In this document: one piece after another, positions 1-10,103 of the stretch
Numbering within the stretch: the first letter of the stretch is position 1
How the letters are laid out: each line of letters starts with the position of its first letter
Source of the DNA: an uncultured Eubacteriales bacterium
Lineage (GTDB): Bacteria; Bacillota; Clostridia; Christensenellales; Aristaeellaceae
Assembly (NCBI GenBank): GCA_902765305.1
Contig: CACWZI010000014.1
Span: forward strand, 886-64,885
Direction: 5' to 3'
Length of the DNA: 64,000 nucleotides
The notes under the pieces: generated by a model
The model's input: the letters and a program-made list of their open reading frames with translations, nothing else
Database searches by the model: none
What the model was told of the DNA's origin: nothing
Program-made: the position numbers and the translations under genes

Positions 1-729
1 GTACCTTCCCGGCAGCCCCGGCTCCCGCCAGGCCCGCAGGCCACGATTCCAGGCTGCCCGCAGGTCGATGCCGTAGGGCGGGCTTGCGAGGTCGATGAGC
101 ATGGCGTCCGGGTCCGCCTGGTCCAGCGCCGTTCCGCCCAGCACCATGGCCGGCGCGGTGTTGAAGATGAGCTTGCGCCTGGGCAGCGCCCCCGCGATTC
201 GTGCGGTGTCCGCCGCCTCGGCGCCGCGCTCCACGGCCCGGTTCCGCCCGGCAGGCGTTCGGGAGGCCACCGTCACCCGCATGCCCAGCGCCACCAGCAG
301 CTCCGTCAGCGCCCGGCCGACCCGGCCCCAGCCGATCACCATGCAATTCATGCCGGCCAGCGCCCTGGTCGACGAGCGCATGGCCGAGGCCAGCGCCCCC
401 TCGGCGGTCAGGCGGGCGTTATCCCACAGCAGTGCCTCGTCCGCCCACAGGTCGATCACGCGCCCGTCGTCGACATCCGGGTGTTCGGGGCCGCATGCGA
501 CGACCTTCGCAGAGTCCGAAACGGCCTCCAGCACTTCCTCCAGCTTCAAATCCGATTTGGGCGGGCAGTTCATGACGACGGTATCCGCCCGGCCCAGCGC
601 CGCCCTGTCCACGGCCTTCACTCGCGGGCACGCATTCCCTCCATACATGCCCACCGATTCGCCCCGTTCCGACAGCAGCCGCGCCAGGTATTCAAACCGC
701 GCGTCGCCGCCGATGATGATGGTTTCCAT
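1..729 (-). CDS. dpaA: Dipicolinate synthase subunit A (SpoVFA/DpaA); C-terminus lies beyond the left window edge
   Basis: Absent from the ORF track because it runs off the edge. My minus-strand translation from the ATG at 729 reads METIIIGGDARFEYLARLLSERGESVGMYG...MNCMVIGWGRVGRALTELLVALGMRVTVASR...LIFNTAPAMVL...LIDLASPPYGIDL. The N-terminal IGGD(A)R motif, the Rossmann GxGxxG and the C-terminal part match the DpaA layout. Confidence 0.7.
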   Translation of the reverse strand, partial: METIIIGGDARFEYLARLLSERGESVGMYGGNACPRVKAVDRAALGRADTVVMNCPPKSDLKLEEVLEAVSDSAKVVACGPEHPDVDDGRVIDLWADEALLWDNARLTAEGALASAMRSSTRALAGMNCMVIGWGRVGRALTELLVALGMRVTVASRTPAGRNRAVERGAEAADTARIAGALPRRKLIFNTAPAMVLGGTALDQADPDAMLIDLASPPYGIDLRAAWNRGLRAWREPGLPGRY

Positions 730-787
730 GCATCCATCCCCTTTCTGCCCCATCCTATGGCAGCGGGACGGAAAGGGTGAATGGAGA

Positions 788-1145
788 AATTCTGATTTGT
801 CGCGTTGCGACAAATCAGAATTTGAGGGGTTAGGGGTTAGGGAAACAGCGACGCATCCAACAGCCTTCCCCTTCAGGGGCATCGAGCGCCTGGAAAACAG
901 TCCAGTGGACTGTTTTCAGCGAGATGGAGCCGGTAGGCCCGCGGTAGGTGGGCCGGCCGCAAGGCCGGGTCGGATGAGGTCGTTCCCCCCGCGGTAACGA
1001 TGGTTTACGCGCTTCCTCCCAGGAGAACGACCTCATCCGTCACGGCGCTGGACGCTTCGCTAGGCCTTCGGCCACGCGCCGCGCCACCTTCCCCTGAACC
1101 GGCAGCTTCGCTGCGGTTGCCACTCATCTCCCCGACAAATCAGAA
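788..1145. repeat. Cluster of palindromic intergenic elements bracketed by the inverted 13-mers TTCTGATTTGTCG (791-803) and CGACAAATCAGAA (1133-1145); REP/MITE-like
   Basis: Perfect 16-bp stem at 788-803/809-824 (aaattctgatttgtcg / cgacaaatcagaattt). An 11-bp stem hairpin at 893-917 (gaaaacagtcc agt ggactgttttc). A 15-bp inverted repeat at 971-985/1025-1039 (cggatgaggtcgttc / gaacgacctcatccg). An extra half-site copy at 1133-1145. No credible ORF. Confidence 0.5.
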
Positions 1146-1147
1146 GT

Positions 1148-4100
1148 TTACCGCGCCGGGAAGCGGACCTCGTGAGGCTGGCCGTCGTCGACCATGGTGA
1201 TAAAATTGCCGTCTACGGGGCGGCGGTCCAATGTGATGCGTTTCACCGATTTATCGCAGATTAGTCGGTACAAGCTCTTTCCAAATTCCACCGTCACCGC
1301 CGCCCGGGGCCAATCGCCCAGCAGCGCATTCAGGCGCACGACGTTGCCCCGGCGCTCGTAGCCCAGCAGGGCGAGTATCGCCTCGTACATCCAGGCTGCG
1401 GAGCCGGTGTACCAGGTCCAGCCGCCCCGGCCCCGCAGGTCCGGGTGGTCGTAGACGTCCGCGGCCATCACGTAGGGCTCCACCCGATAGAGCAGCGCCT
1501 TTTCCGGGCTGTCGGAATGGTTCCAGGGCAGCAGCATTCGCAGCGCCTCGTGGGCGCGGGCGGCGTCGCCCTGGCGGATCAGCGCCAGCAGCAGCCACAG
1601 CGCGCCGTGGGTGTACTGGCCGCCGTTCTCCCGCACCCCCGGCGGGTAGCCCCGAATATAGCCTGGGTCCGGCCCGTGGCCGTCGAAGGGCGGCGTCAGC
1701 AGGCGGATGATGCCGGCGCGGCGATCCACCAGCCTGTCCCAGGCGGCATCCATAGCCACGCGGCAGCGGTTGGCGTCCAGTCCCGCCAGCACGGCCCAGG
1801 CCTGGGAGATGGCGTCGATGCGGCATTCCCCGCAATCAGCGCCGCCCAGTATCGCGCCGTCGTCGCCGTAGGCCCGCAGGTACCAGCCGCCGTCCCAGCC
1901 GTGGGCCTCCACCGCCTGCCTGAGAGTCTCTGCCGTGCGCCACAGCCACACCCGGTCCTCGTCCACCGGCGCGACCCTGCGATAGCGATCGGCGCAGGCG
2001 ATGGCGAACTGGGTCAGCCACACGCTTTCCCCCGCGCCCCTTGCGCCCACGCGGTCCATGCCGTCGTTCCAATCGCCCGCGCCCATCAGCAGCAGGCCGT
2101 GAACGCCTGTGCGGCACGCCCGCTTGAACGCCCGCATGCAGTGGCTGTGCAGCGATTCCACCGCCGGACCCGGCGTCATATCGCAGCAGATATCCGCCGC
2201 CCCGTCGGGAATCGCCACGTCCTTCAGGTAGGCGACGCGCTCGGAGAGCACCCCGATATCCCCGGTGGCGACCACGTAGGCCGCCACTGTCCACGGCAGG
2301 AACAGCATGTCGTCCGAGATCCGCGTGCGCACGCCGGTAAAGGGCGCATGCCACCAGTGCATCACGTCCCCCGCCTCGAACTGGTGGGCCGCGCATCGCA
2401 GCAGATGGGTGCGGACCCGCTCCGGCTCGTGGTGGATCAGCGCCAGCATGTCCTGCAGCTGGTCACGAAAGCCCCAGGCCCCGCCGGGCTGGTACAGCCC
2501 CGTGCGGCCCAGCACCCGGCAGGCGCGAACCTGGTGGATCAGGAAGCCGTTGGCAAAGTCGTTCAGCAACCTGTCCGGCGTCTCAACGGCCAGGTTTAGA
2601 GGCGTCCGCGCAGGCGCAGCCGGCGCTTCGTCCCGCCACTGACGTATCTGCCGCAGGGCGGCGTCCCCGTTTCCCGACCAGCCCAGCGCAAGGCGCAGGG
2701 TTCGCCGCCGTCCCCGCTTCAGTCGCAACGGCACGACCAGCGTCGAACCCTCGCAGTACGCCAAGACATCGTCGGCGGCGAGCCATCCCGTGCCCGCCAT
2801 CACCCCGGTAGCCAGGCAGGCGCCCTCCCCCTGCCAGACATTCAGGGCCACGGCGTCCCGGGCGTCGGTACCCATCAGCCAGTTTGCGCGGGCCTCCAGC
2901 CTGAAGTCCTCTCCCCGCAGGCATCGGTTTTCGATCGTCACGCCGATCTGCACCTCGGCCCGCTCCGGGTGCATCGACAGGCACACCTCCCCGCAGGCGC
3001 GGTCGGTTTCCATAATATAGCGGGTGCAGCCGGGGTCGTGGACGACGCGAAAGGGCACGCGGGGCCGATTTCCCGGCAGCAGGGACAGCGCTTCGCCGCG
3101 AAGCGCGTCCACCAGCGCCAGCCTGAGACCCCAGCCCTCACAGAGGGCGTCGTTGCCATAGGCGGTCAGGCGGCCGGTGCGGCTGTTGCCGCACCAGAAG
3201 AAGCCGCCGCCCCGCTCGGACAGCAGCATGCCCCCGACATCATTGGCCAGAATATTGCACCAGGGCCTGGGCGGCAGGCGCTCAGGCAGGACGTCGATGA
3301 CGTAGGCGCCGTCGTCGGCAAACCCGCCGAAGCCATTGTCCACCCGCCTGGACATGGGTTGGAGCCGGTTTTCACCGGCATCCATCGGCGCCCACGGTTG
3401 CTCTTCTCTTTTCACGCGGTTCAGCAGCGCCTGGGTCTGGGCGTCGAAATCCCTCGCCCCGTCAAAGGTGACCGAAGTGAAGCGTTCCAATGCCCGCCGC
3501 TGCTCATCGTCCAGCGCCGTGCCGTCCAATATCCACACGCCGCCGGGTGCGCAGCGCAGGCGGTTCAGGTGGCTGGCGGAGACCAGGTTTTCGAGCCTGT
3601 CCCGAACGGGCCGGTCATAGCCGACGCCACTTTCGTCCACCAGCACCAGATCCGTCGGAAGGCCCATTGCCCGATAGAATCCGTGGGCACGGATCAGCGA
3701 CCGCGCCGGCCCGTCGTTACTGACATCGGCGATATGCATCGCCAGGATCGGTCGGTCCCCGGAGAGGCCCAGCGACCACAGCGACGCCCTGGATGCGCCT
3801 TCCTCGCCCCGGCGAGGCGGCCTGGCCCGCGCGGCCAGGCTGCCGTCCACCAGCAGCGCCGTCAGGCGCTGGAGCCGGTGGTGTTCCGCCGCGTCCAGTC
3901 CCACGAAGTCCAGCAGCGCCCCGGCGCGAATCCCGGCCAGGCGCAGCGCGCGCCGGACCTGGCGGGGCTGCCGCCAGCGCGCCATCCAATTCCCCGCGGA
4001 CCCGTCCGTCTCCAGCAGCCCCATGGCAAACCACACCTGAACCCTCTCTCCCGGCGCGAGGGTCAGCGCCATGCGCAGCGCGCCCACCGGGTTCAGCGTC

Positions 4101-7100
4101 GCGCCGGTCCCGCCGGGCAGGGGCATGGTCAGGGCATCGCCGATGCCCGCGTCGCCATATCGCCTCGCCAGCTTCGCATAGTCGCATTCCCAGCTGAGCG
4201 CGCCCGGGCCTGCGGCCAGCATCGCCAGTCGGGGACCGTCCGCGCCACGACTGCCCTGCCGTCGCTCAAACAGCAGCCCGTCCGGCTCCACATGAACGCC
4301 CTGCACGAACAGCCCCTGGAACACCGCATGGGCCCGCCAGTCGGCTTCGCCGCACAGTGCCAGCGGCGCCACGTCTGCCACCGCGCATTCCGCGTTCGCC
4401 GCGCCGGTATTCGCGATTTCAACCCGCTTGATCAGGGTACCGTCCTCCGGACAGAGACAGACGTCCATCGCCGCCTCCAGCCGGTTCACCCGCGCGAAAT
4501 AGCGCACCGCCCCTGCCGAGTACACCGCGGGACCGGCCAGCGGCGCGCGGCTGCCGTCCATAGCGTCCACCAGCCAGACCCGGGCCATGTCCCGGCGATC
4601 CCGAAGCGCGCCGGAAAAGCGGGTGACCATCCGGTCATCCCGCCACAGGTGCAGCGCCCCGTCGTCGGTGCACAGCGCCGTCATGCCAGCGCCGTGGATC
4701 AGGTGGGCCTCGATCCCGTCCATACTGCCCCGGCGCGACCTGCGCTCAGGGGAAGCCGGGGGAAGTCGCGTGGGACGCCAGGAGGCACTCCGGGGGGCGG
4801 CGGGACACGCCCGCTCCTCCAACAGCAGCGCAAGCGCCCGCGCCTCGGGCAGCGCCATGAAGTCGCCTCGCAGCGTGTGGTCGGTGAGGGCTTCACACAG
4901 TGCGCACAGCGCCATGCCCTGATGATGGGCCATGTGGCTCATCACGATGGCGGGCGAGCCGTCCGGCTCCGGCCTCAGATAGTCCGCGGCCTCGTAGAAG
5001 CCCCATGCGCCGGACCATCCCATCGCTTCCATGCGCATCAGGTTTTCGGCGGACTGTCCCGGTGCCACCAACGCTGCCAGCGCCGTCGCGTAGGGCGCGA
5101 CCACGCCCTCCACCGCCTCGCCGTCCAGGGCCAGCGCTTTCAGGCCGAAGGCCCGGTACTGGTAGTTCATGGCGGCGTCCAGCGCGCAGTAGCCGGACTC
5201 GGACACGCCCCAGGGTCGCTTCAGCCGCTTTCCCCAGGCGGCCTGGGCCGCCACCGCCGTCCGGACGCCTGTGCCCAACAGCGTCGCGGGCGGCGCGGTG
5301 AGGAACAGCTCCGGCATCAGGTATTCAAACAGCGTTCCGGACCAGGACAGCGGGGCGACGCCCTTGCCCACCCGGGCGCAGGCCCGTCCCAGTCGCTGCC
5401 AGTGGCGCGTGGGCGCCTGGCCCAGCATCATCGCGGCAAAGCTGAGGATGCGGGATTCCGAGGCCAGCAGGTCGTAATGGGAGGCGCTGGCGCGGCTCGT
5501 TTCCACGTCGATGCCGATGGCGAACAGTTCCCGCTGCCCGTCGTACAGCGCAGCCAGGTCCATGCCCCGGGCCAGCGCGGTCATCCGCCCGGCCAGCGCC
5601 TCTCCGGTCTCAGGCGCATTGGCGCACAGCAACAGCGCCGCCGCCAGGTTTCCGCTGTCCACGGAAGAGACATAGCGGGGGCTCAGCGGGGCGAGGGTGT
5701 CGGTGTCGTACCAGTTATACAATTGGCCGCGCCACTTCTCCAGCCGCTCCAGCGCGTCCACGGTCGCGGACATGCGCCTGCGCGCCGCCGCCACGTCCAC
5801 AAAGCCCAGCCGCCGCGCCGCCAGGCAGCTGAGCAGATACAGGGCGATGTTGGTGGGCGACGTGCGCCGGGCCGCGCCCACAGGTGGGTCCAGCTGCACG
5901 TTGTCCGGGGGCAGCGGACTGCCCTCCGGGGGCATGTTGTCCTCAAAGAAGCGCCAGGTGCGGCGGGCCAGGTCGCGAAGGGCGGCGCGCTGGCGCGGGT
6001 TCAGCGGTTCCTGCGCATCCGCCTTCTCCGACGCCATGTCCCCGACCCAGCCCAGCCCGACCAGGAACAGCGCCATCAGCGCGATCAACGCCATTGGAAA
6101 GCGGGCGTGCAACAGGCCGGGGGCGAGCAGCAGCATCGCTGCGATGCCGGGCCAGCGAGCGATCCGGTCCGTATGCGCCTCGGCGTCGGCGGCGGTCATC
6201 CACTGCAGCAGGTGTTTCCCGGAGACCCCCAGCCGCCACAGCGTGCGACCCACGGCGTCCAGCGCGCTGTACGCCCTCAGCGGCAGCAGCGCCAGCCGGG
6301 CGGTGGCCCTGCGCCACTTCAGCGGGTCTCTGCCGCCGATGTTAAGCATCGGCTCCAGCCAGGCCAGCCCCAGCGCCGCCGCCAGCGCCCAGTCCCGGCC
6401 TGTCCACGCGCCGCACAGCAATAGCGCCAACAGCGCCGGCGGCCACAGCGATCGGACGAGGTTGTCCAGCATGCGGAAGCGGTCCGCCATGCCGAGATGG
6501 TTTTTTCGTGCACACATCACCGGCAGCAGCTGCCAGTCGCCCCGCGTCCAGCGGTGCTGGCGGCGCAGCGTCGAAGCCGGCGTGGACGGATGGCCGTCGT
6601 ACAGCGCCACGTCGCCCACAAAGCCGGCCCCGGCCAGCGCTCCCTCGGCCAGGTCGTGGCTGAGTATGCGTCCCTCGGGCAGCACCCCCGCCACCCGGGC
6701 CTGGAAAGCGGCCACGTCGTAGATGCCCTTGCCTCCATAGATACCCCGGCCGGTCAGGTCCTGCCACAGATTGGAGACGCACACCGGATAGGCGCTCACG
6801 CCGCCCGTCCCGGCAAACAGCTCCACGAAGCCGTTGACGCAGGCGGAGGGCAGCGTCTCCATTCGTGGCTGCAGCACCGCATAGCCCCGGTTGCCCCGGG
6901 GCCGGTTCAGCGGATGGGCCATCGCGCCGATCAGGCGGCGCAGGTCGTCGGGCAGTGCGCGGGTATCGGCGTCCAGCGTGATCACATAAACGAAGCGTCC
7001 CTTCAGCCTGTCACAGGCATGTCCCTCGGCGCCGAAGGCCGCCGCCGCGCCTTCCCGGCCCAACAGCAGCCGGTTCAGGTCCATCAGCGCGCCGCGCTTG

Positions 7101-8662
7101 CGGTCCCGACCCATCCACACGCCGTCCGCGCGCAACAGCGTCCGGCCCCGCACCAGCAGGGCGTACTTCTCCCGCCCTGCCCGGGCGTTCATCTCGGCCA
7201 CGCAGGCGCGAGCCCGATCCAGTATCTCCCCGTCTTCGGGCATGTGCGCCCGTGGCGCGTCGGCCAGGTCGCCCAGCAGCAGGTATTCGATGTTATCGCT
7301 CTTTTCCAGGCAGCCCAGGGCCTCCAGCTGGGCACAGACGTCCTCTGCCCGCCGACTCGAGGACAGCAGCACCGGCATCGTCACCAGCGTCCGGCATTCC
7401 GCCGGCACTTCCTCCATCGCCAGCTTCAAAAGCCGCGCGGGCGGCACGAGGCAGGGATGCAGACGGCCCGCCAGCAGGTCGGCGGCCCCCCAGCCCAGCA
7501 CGGCACAGGCCGGCCAGAGCCAGGGCGTACCGGCACAGGCCGACAGCGCCAGTGCCAGCGCTGCCGCAGTCATGCCTATGAACAGAACGGTTCCACGCCC
7601 CGACGGGTCCGGCGTCAATCGGCGCAACCGTGCGCTGCCCCGGTCCAGGCGATCGAGCAGCGCACGCCGTCCCGCGTCGTCGTACAGCCACCAGCAGACC
7701 TCACGGCGAATGCCCTCCCCCGTTCGGGCGGTATTCACGGCAGCCCTGGCCACCGACGGCTCCGGCAGCTTCAGCGCTTTTGCGATGTGGGCTACCTCCC
7801 GGCGCACTGCGGCCCGGGAATCGTCGTCCATGCGCGGATAGGTACCCGCCGCCTCGCGGGACAGGGTCTGCTCCACCCGGGAGAGGGATTGGAAGCACGC
7901 CTGCCAGTCCATCGCGTCGACCATGCGCCGCGCCGCCAACAGGTTTTCCAGGCGCATCAGCAGCCCGGCTTCCCCGTCCTGGGCGCGGGCGACGACCGCC
8001 TGGGGCGACAGGGCGCGACGGACGAGGGCGGCGTCCAGCCTGCGGCGCGCTGCGGGGCTGTCCGCCTCCCCGGCCCGCTTCAGCGCCTGCGCCAGGAAGG
8101 CGTCGTCCCTGGGATCGAGCTTTCCGACCGGCCACCGCACCCAGCGGGCTGCCCGGGCCCGCCGCTCCGCCCGGGCCACGATGGCCGTCGCCACGCGCCC
8201 CAGCGCCTCGCTGATCACGATCCGCAGGGCCGCGGGCGTCGCCCACAGCTCGGCTTCGGTCAGCGGTTGAAGGGCGTCCAGTTCGATCAGCGCCTTGGTC
8301 AGACGGCACTGGGACAATACGGCATCGCCCTCGCACAGCGCCCGAAGCGCCACACAGAGCCTGGGCCTGCCCGCCCAGGCAGGCAGGCGCTGGCCGCCCT
8401 CAGAAGCGGCACGGGCGATGCAGGCTTCGATCACCGGCGCCTGGGCGTCCAACAGCGCCAGCGCCGTGCCGGAGGCGTTCTCCGTCCGGCGCAGCTTCGC
8501 CGCCGCGTCCAGACGCCCCGAAAGTCCGACACGGGCGCGCTTCGAAAGACACAGCTTCGCCGTGCCCCGCACCGCGTACCGCGCCGCCAGGGCGCGCATC
8601 AGCGCTGAGTCCTCCCGCTCGCCGCGTTCGTCCGATTGCCCTTCCGCCTGAAACAGGTCCAT
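1148..8662 (-). CDS. cgs: Cyclic beta-1,2-glucan synthase-like protein (GT84 glycosyltransferase plus GH94 phosphorylase-like domain), 2,504 aa
   Basis: GT motifs: YVITLDADTRALPDD, ILSHDLAEG, RQHRWTRGDWQ. Hydrophobic segments flank the GT domain. The C-terminal GH94-like region has GFRDQLQDM...HQFEAGDVMHWWH and GAGDWNDGMDR. RBS GGAGGA lies 6 nt upstream of the ATG at 8662. Confidence 0.8.
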   Translation of the reverse strand: MDLFQAEGQSDERGEREDSALMRALAARYAVRGTAKLCLSKRARVGLSGRLDAAAKLRRTENASGTALALLDAQAPVIEACIARAASEGGQRLPAWAGRPRLCVALRALCEGDAVLSQCRLTKALIELDALQPLTEAELWATPAALRIVISEALGRVATAIVARAERRARAARWVRWPVGKLDPRDDAFLAQALKRAGEADSPAARRRLDAALVRRALSPQAVVARAQDGEAGLLMRLENLLAARRMVDAMDWQACFQSLSRVEQTLSREAAGTYPRMDDDSRAAVRREVAHIAKALKLPEPSVARAAVNTARTGEGIRREVCWWLYDDAGRRALLDRLDRGSARLRRLTPDPSGRGTVLFIGMTAAALALALSACAGTPWLWPACAVLGWGAADLLAGRLHPCLVPPARLLKLAMEEVPAECRTLVTMPVLLSSSRRAEDVCAQLEALGCLEKSDNIEYLLLGDLADAPRAHMPEDGEILDRARACVAEMNARAGREKYALLVRGRTLLRADGVWMGRDRKRGALMDLNRLLLGREGAAAAFGAEGHACDRLKGRFVYVITLDADTRALPDDLRRLIGAMAHPLNRPRGNRGYAVLQPRMETLPSACVNGFVELFAGTGGVSAYPVCVSNLWQDLTGRGIYGGKGIYDVAAFQARVAGVLPEGRILSHDLAEGALAGAGFVGDVALYDGHPSTPASTLRRQHRWTRGDWQLLPVMCARKNHLGMADRFRMLDNLVRSLWPPALLALLLCGAWTGRDWALAAALGLAWLEPMLNIGGRDPLKWRRATARLALLPLRAYSALDAVGRTLWRLGVSGKHLLQWMTAADAEAHTDRIARWPGIAAMLLLAPGLLHARFPMALIALMALFLVGLGWVGDMASEKADAQEPLNPRQRAALRDLARRTWRFFEDNMPPEGSPLPPDNVQLDPPVGAARRTSPTNIALYLLSCLAARRLGFVDVAAARRRMSATVDALERLEKWRGQLYNWYDTDTLAPLSPRYVSSVDSGNLAAALLLCANAPETGEALAGRMTALARGMDLAALYDGQRELFAIGIDVETSRASASHYDLLASESRILSFAAMMLGQAPTRHWQRLGRACARVGKGVAPLSWSGTLFEYLMPELFLTAPPATLLGTGVRTAVAAQAAWGKRLKRPWGVSESGYCALDAAMNYQYRAFGLKALALDGEAVEGVVAPYATALAALVAPGQSAENLMRMEAMGWSGAWGFYEAADYLRPEPDGSPAIVMSHMAHHQGMALCALCEALTDHTLRGDFMALPEARALALLLEERACPAAPRSASWRPTRLPPASPERRSRRGSMDGIEAHLIHGAGMTALCTDDGALHLWRDDRMVTRFSGALRDRRDMARVWLVDAMDGSRAPLAGPAVYSAGAVRYFARVNRLEAAMDVCLCPEDGTLIKRVEIANTGAANAECAVADVAPLALCGEADWRAHAVFQGLFVQGVHVEPDGLLFERRQGSRGADGPRLAMLAAGPGALSWECDYAKLARRYGDAGIGDALTMPLPGGTGATLNPVGALRMALTLAPGERVQVWFAMGLLETDGSAGNWMARWRQPRQVRRALRLAGIRAGALLDFVGLDAAEHHRLQRLTALLVDGSLAARARPPRRGEEGASRASLWSLGLSGDRPILAMHIADVSNDGPARSLIRAHGFYRAMGLPTDLVLVDESGVGYDRPVRDRLENLVSASHLNRLRCAPGGVWILDGTALDDEQRRALERFTSVTFDGARDFDAQTQALLNRVKREEQPWAPMDAGENRLQPMSRRVDNGFGGFADDGAYVIDVLPERLPPRPWCNILANDVGGMLLSERGGGFFWCGNSRTGRLTAYGNDALCEGWGLRLALVDALRGEALSLLPGNRPRVPFRVVHDPGCTRYIMETDRACGEVCLSMHPERAEVQIGVTIENRCLRGEDFRLEARANWLMGTDARDAVALNVWQGEGACLATGVMAGTGWLAADDVLAYCEGSTLVVPLRLKRGRRRTLRLALGWSGNGDAALRQIRQWRDEAPAAPARTPLNLAVETPDRLLNDFANGFLIHQVRACRVLGRTGLYQPGGAWGFRDQLQDMLALIHHEPERVRTHLLRCAAHQFEAGDVMHWWHAPFTGVRTRISDDMLFLPWTVAAYVVATGDIGVLSERVAYLKDVAIPDGAADICCDMTPGPAVESLHSHCMRAFKRACRTGVHGLLLMGAGDWNDGMDRVGARGAGESVWLTQFAIACADRYRRVAPVDEDRVWLWRTAETLRQAVEAHGWDGGWYLRAYGDDGAILGGADCGECRIDAISQAWAVLAGLDANRCRVAMDAAWDRLVDRRAGIIRLLTPPFDGHGPDPGYIRGYPPGVRENGGQYTHGALWLLLALIRQGDAARAHEALRMLLPWNHSDSPEKALLYRVEPYVMAADVYDHPDLRGRGGWTWYTGSAAWMYEAILALLGYERRGNVVRLNALLGDWPRAAVTVEFGKSLYRLICDKSVKRITLDRRPVDGNFITMVDDGQPHEVRFPAR

Positions 8663-8721
8663 ACATGATCCTCCATTGATGACATGGAATTACCTCTCCC
8701 AAGTATGAACCTGTTTGGCAT

Positions 8722-8757
8722 AAAAAATACGGGAGGCCCCGTTTCAAGGGCTCCCGT
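8722..8757 (-). terminator. Rho-independent terminator after the coiled-coil gene
   Basis: Minus strand reads acgggagccc-ttgaaac-ggggcctcccgt followed by attttttat. Stem is 7 bp plus 3 bp. Confidence 0.6.
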
Positions 8758-8778
8758 CAATCGGCATATGCTGTACGG

Positions 8779-9414
8779 TTATTCGTTTTCGTCGCCCAGC
8801 TCGGCGCGGCGGCGGCGGATATTTTTGCAGGCCTCCGTCAGCTCGTCCTCCACAGAGGAGAGCAGCTGGTAGGCGTCGTGCTGGGCCTTGAGGCGCACCT
8901 CGCTGGCCTCAACGCGGGCATCATTCTTGATGATGCGGGCCTCTTCCCTGGCCTGACGCAGGATCTCGCTCTCATCGATCATATGGTCGGCGCGCTCCTG
9001 GGCGTCTTCCAATATGGCGCGGGCCTCGTTTTCAGCGTCCAGCACGCGCTGCTCGGCATCCTCCCTGGCGCGGTCAAGGGCAGCGTTGACCCGCATTTCG
9101 GCGGAACTGATGCGGTTCATGGCCTTGGTTTCCGCCTCGTTCATGATGCGCTCCTGCTCGGAATACATCTGAAGGCCATACTGCACGGCGTCAGGCAGGT
9201 TCTTTTCCATGTCATCGATTATCATCAGGCATTTTTCCGCGTCGATGATCTTCTTGCCGGTCAGCGGCACGCTCTTGCCGGCATTGATCGCCGCGCGAAT
9301 ATGCTTGAGAAGCTCGAGGAAATAACGCATGTCATTGACTTCGTCCATCTGGCGCGCCTGTGGGGTTTCGTTGGTTTCCTGCGCCTCTTCCTCGTAGAAC
9401 TTTTCCTGATCCAT
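8779..9414 (-). CDS. Coiled-coil protein of unknown function (charged heptad-rich, ATP-synthase-b/E-like low-complexity helices)
   Basis: Single clean ORF downstream of rsmD. Sequence is rich in E/R/A/D helical repeats (AEQRVLDAENEARAILEDAQERADHMIDESEILRQAREEARIIKNDA). No catalytic motif recognised. Confidence 0.45.
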   Translation of the reverse strand: MDQEKFYEEEAQETNETPQARQMDEVNDMRYFLELLKHIRAAINAGKSVPLTGKKIIDAEKCLMIIDDMEKNLPDAVQYGLQMYSEQERIMNEAETKAMNRISSAEMRVNAALDRAREDAEQRVLDAENEARAILEDAQERADHMIDESEILRQAREEARIIKNDARVEASEVRLKAQHDAYQLLSSVEDELTEACKNIRRRRAELGDENE

Positions 9415-9491
9415 CGTTCAGCCTTCCTTTCCGCACCCGGCCGCCGCCTGATGCAGCTTAGTCTGCCCGGGTTCACCGGTTTAATCCTCAT

Positions 9492-10079
9492 CTATAGGGT
9501 ATCATGACGGTCCCCGTCCTCCGCCGGGCGAATCTCGGCGAAATCCACCGCCGTATCGCCATACTGACGGGTATCGAAAACATCCACGGCCCGGGGCAGC
9601 GGGATTTGCGCGCCCTTGTGGCGCTCCATGACGATCAGGCACCCGGGCGAGAGCATGTCCGCCTTCATAAGCCGCGCCAGCGCATCGCCATAGGCCTCCG
9701 TCATGCGATAGGGCGGGTCCAGGAAAACCAGGTCGAAGATCCGACCCTCCAGCGCCGCGATGGTGCTGCGATAATCCTGGTTGACGATGTGCACGCGCAG
9801 TTCGAAATCGTCCTTCAACACATTGCGGGCATTGCGGTCGATGGCCTGCCAGGCCTGGCGCGAATTGTCCGCGATGACGGCGCTCTCTGCCCCGCGGCTC
9901 AATGCCTCAAGCGCCAGCGCGCCGCTGCCGCCGAACAGATCCAGCACCCGCGAATCCATCACGCGCGCGCCGATGATGTTGAACAGCGCGCCCCTGATCT
10001 TGTCCGACGTCGGGCGGGTTTGCACCCCTGAAGGCGCGAAAAGCGGCCTGCCCTTTGCCTCTCCGGATATGATACGCAT
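9492..10079 (-). CDS. rsmD: 16S rRNA (guanine966-N2)-methyltransferase RsmD
   Basis: MRIISGEAKGRPLFAPSGVQTRPTSDKIRGALFNIIG...LDLFGGSGALALEALSRGA...VFLDPPY. Start is set at the ATG at 10079 (RBS AGGTGA) because the upstream ATG at 10103 sits on the predicted transcription start of the promoter below. Confidence 0.85.
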   Translation of the reverse strand: MRIISGEAKGRPLFAPSGVQTRPTSDKIRGALFNIIGARVMDSRVLDLFGGSGALALEALSRGAESAVIADNSRQAWQAIDRNARNVLKDDFELRVHIVNQDYRSTIAALEGRIFDLVFLDPPYRMTEAYGDALARLMKADMLSPGCLIVMERHKGAQIPLPRAVDVFDTRQYGDTAVDFAEIRPAEDGDRHDTL

Positions 10080-10103
10080 AGCTTCACCTATGATATTGCC
10101 CAA

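Noticed and set aside
95-997. Plus-strand 300-aa ORF and neighbouring ORFs at 201-780
   Set aside because: They are antisense to dpaA. The real gene is missing from the track only because it runs off the window edge.
2969-8608. Plus-strand ORFs of 1,151 aa (2969-6424) and 703 aa (6497-8608), plus many shorter ORFs on both strands within 1148-8662
   Set aside because: They lie antisense to, or in alternate frames of, the cgs-like gene, which carries unambiguous GT84/GH94 motifs. The translations are low-complexity and rich in R, P, G and A.
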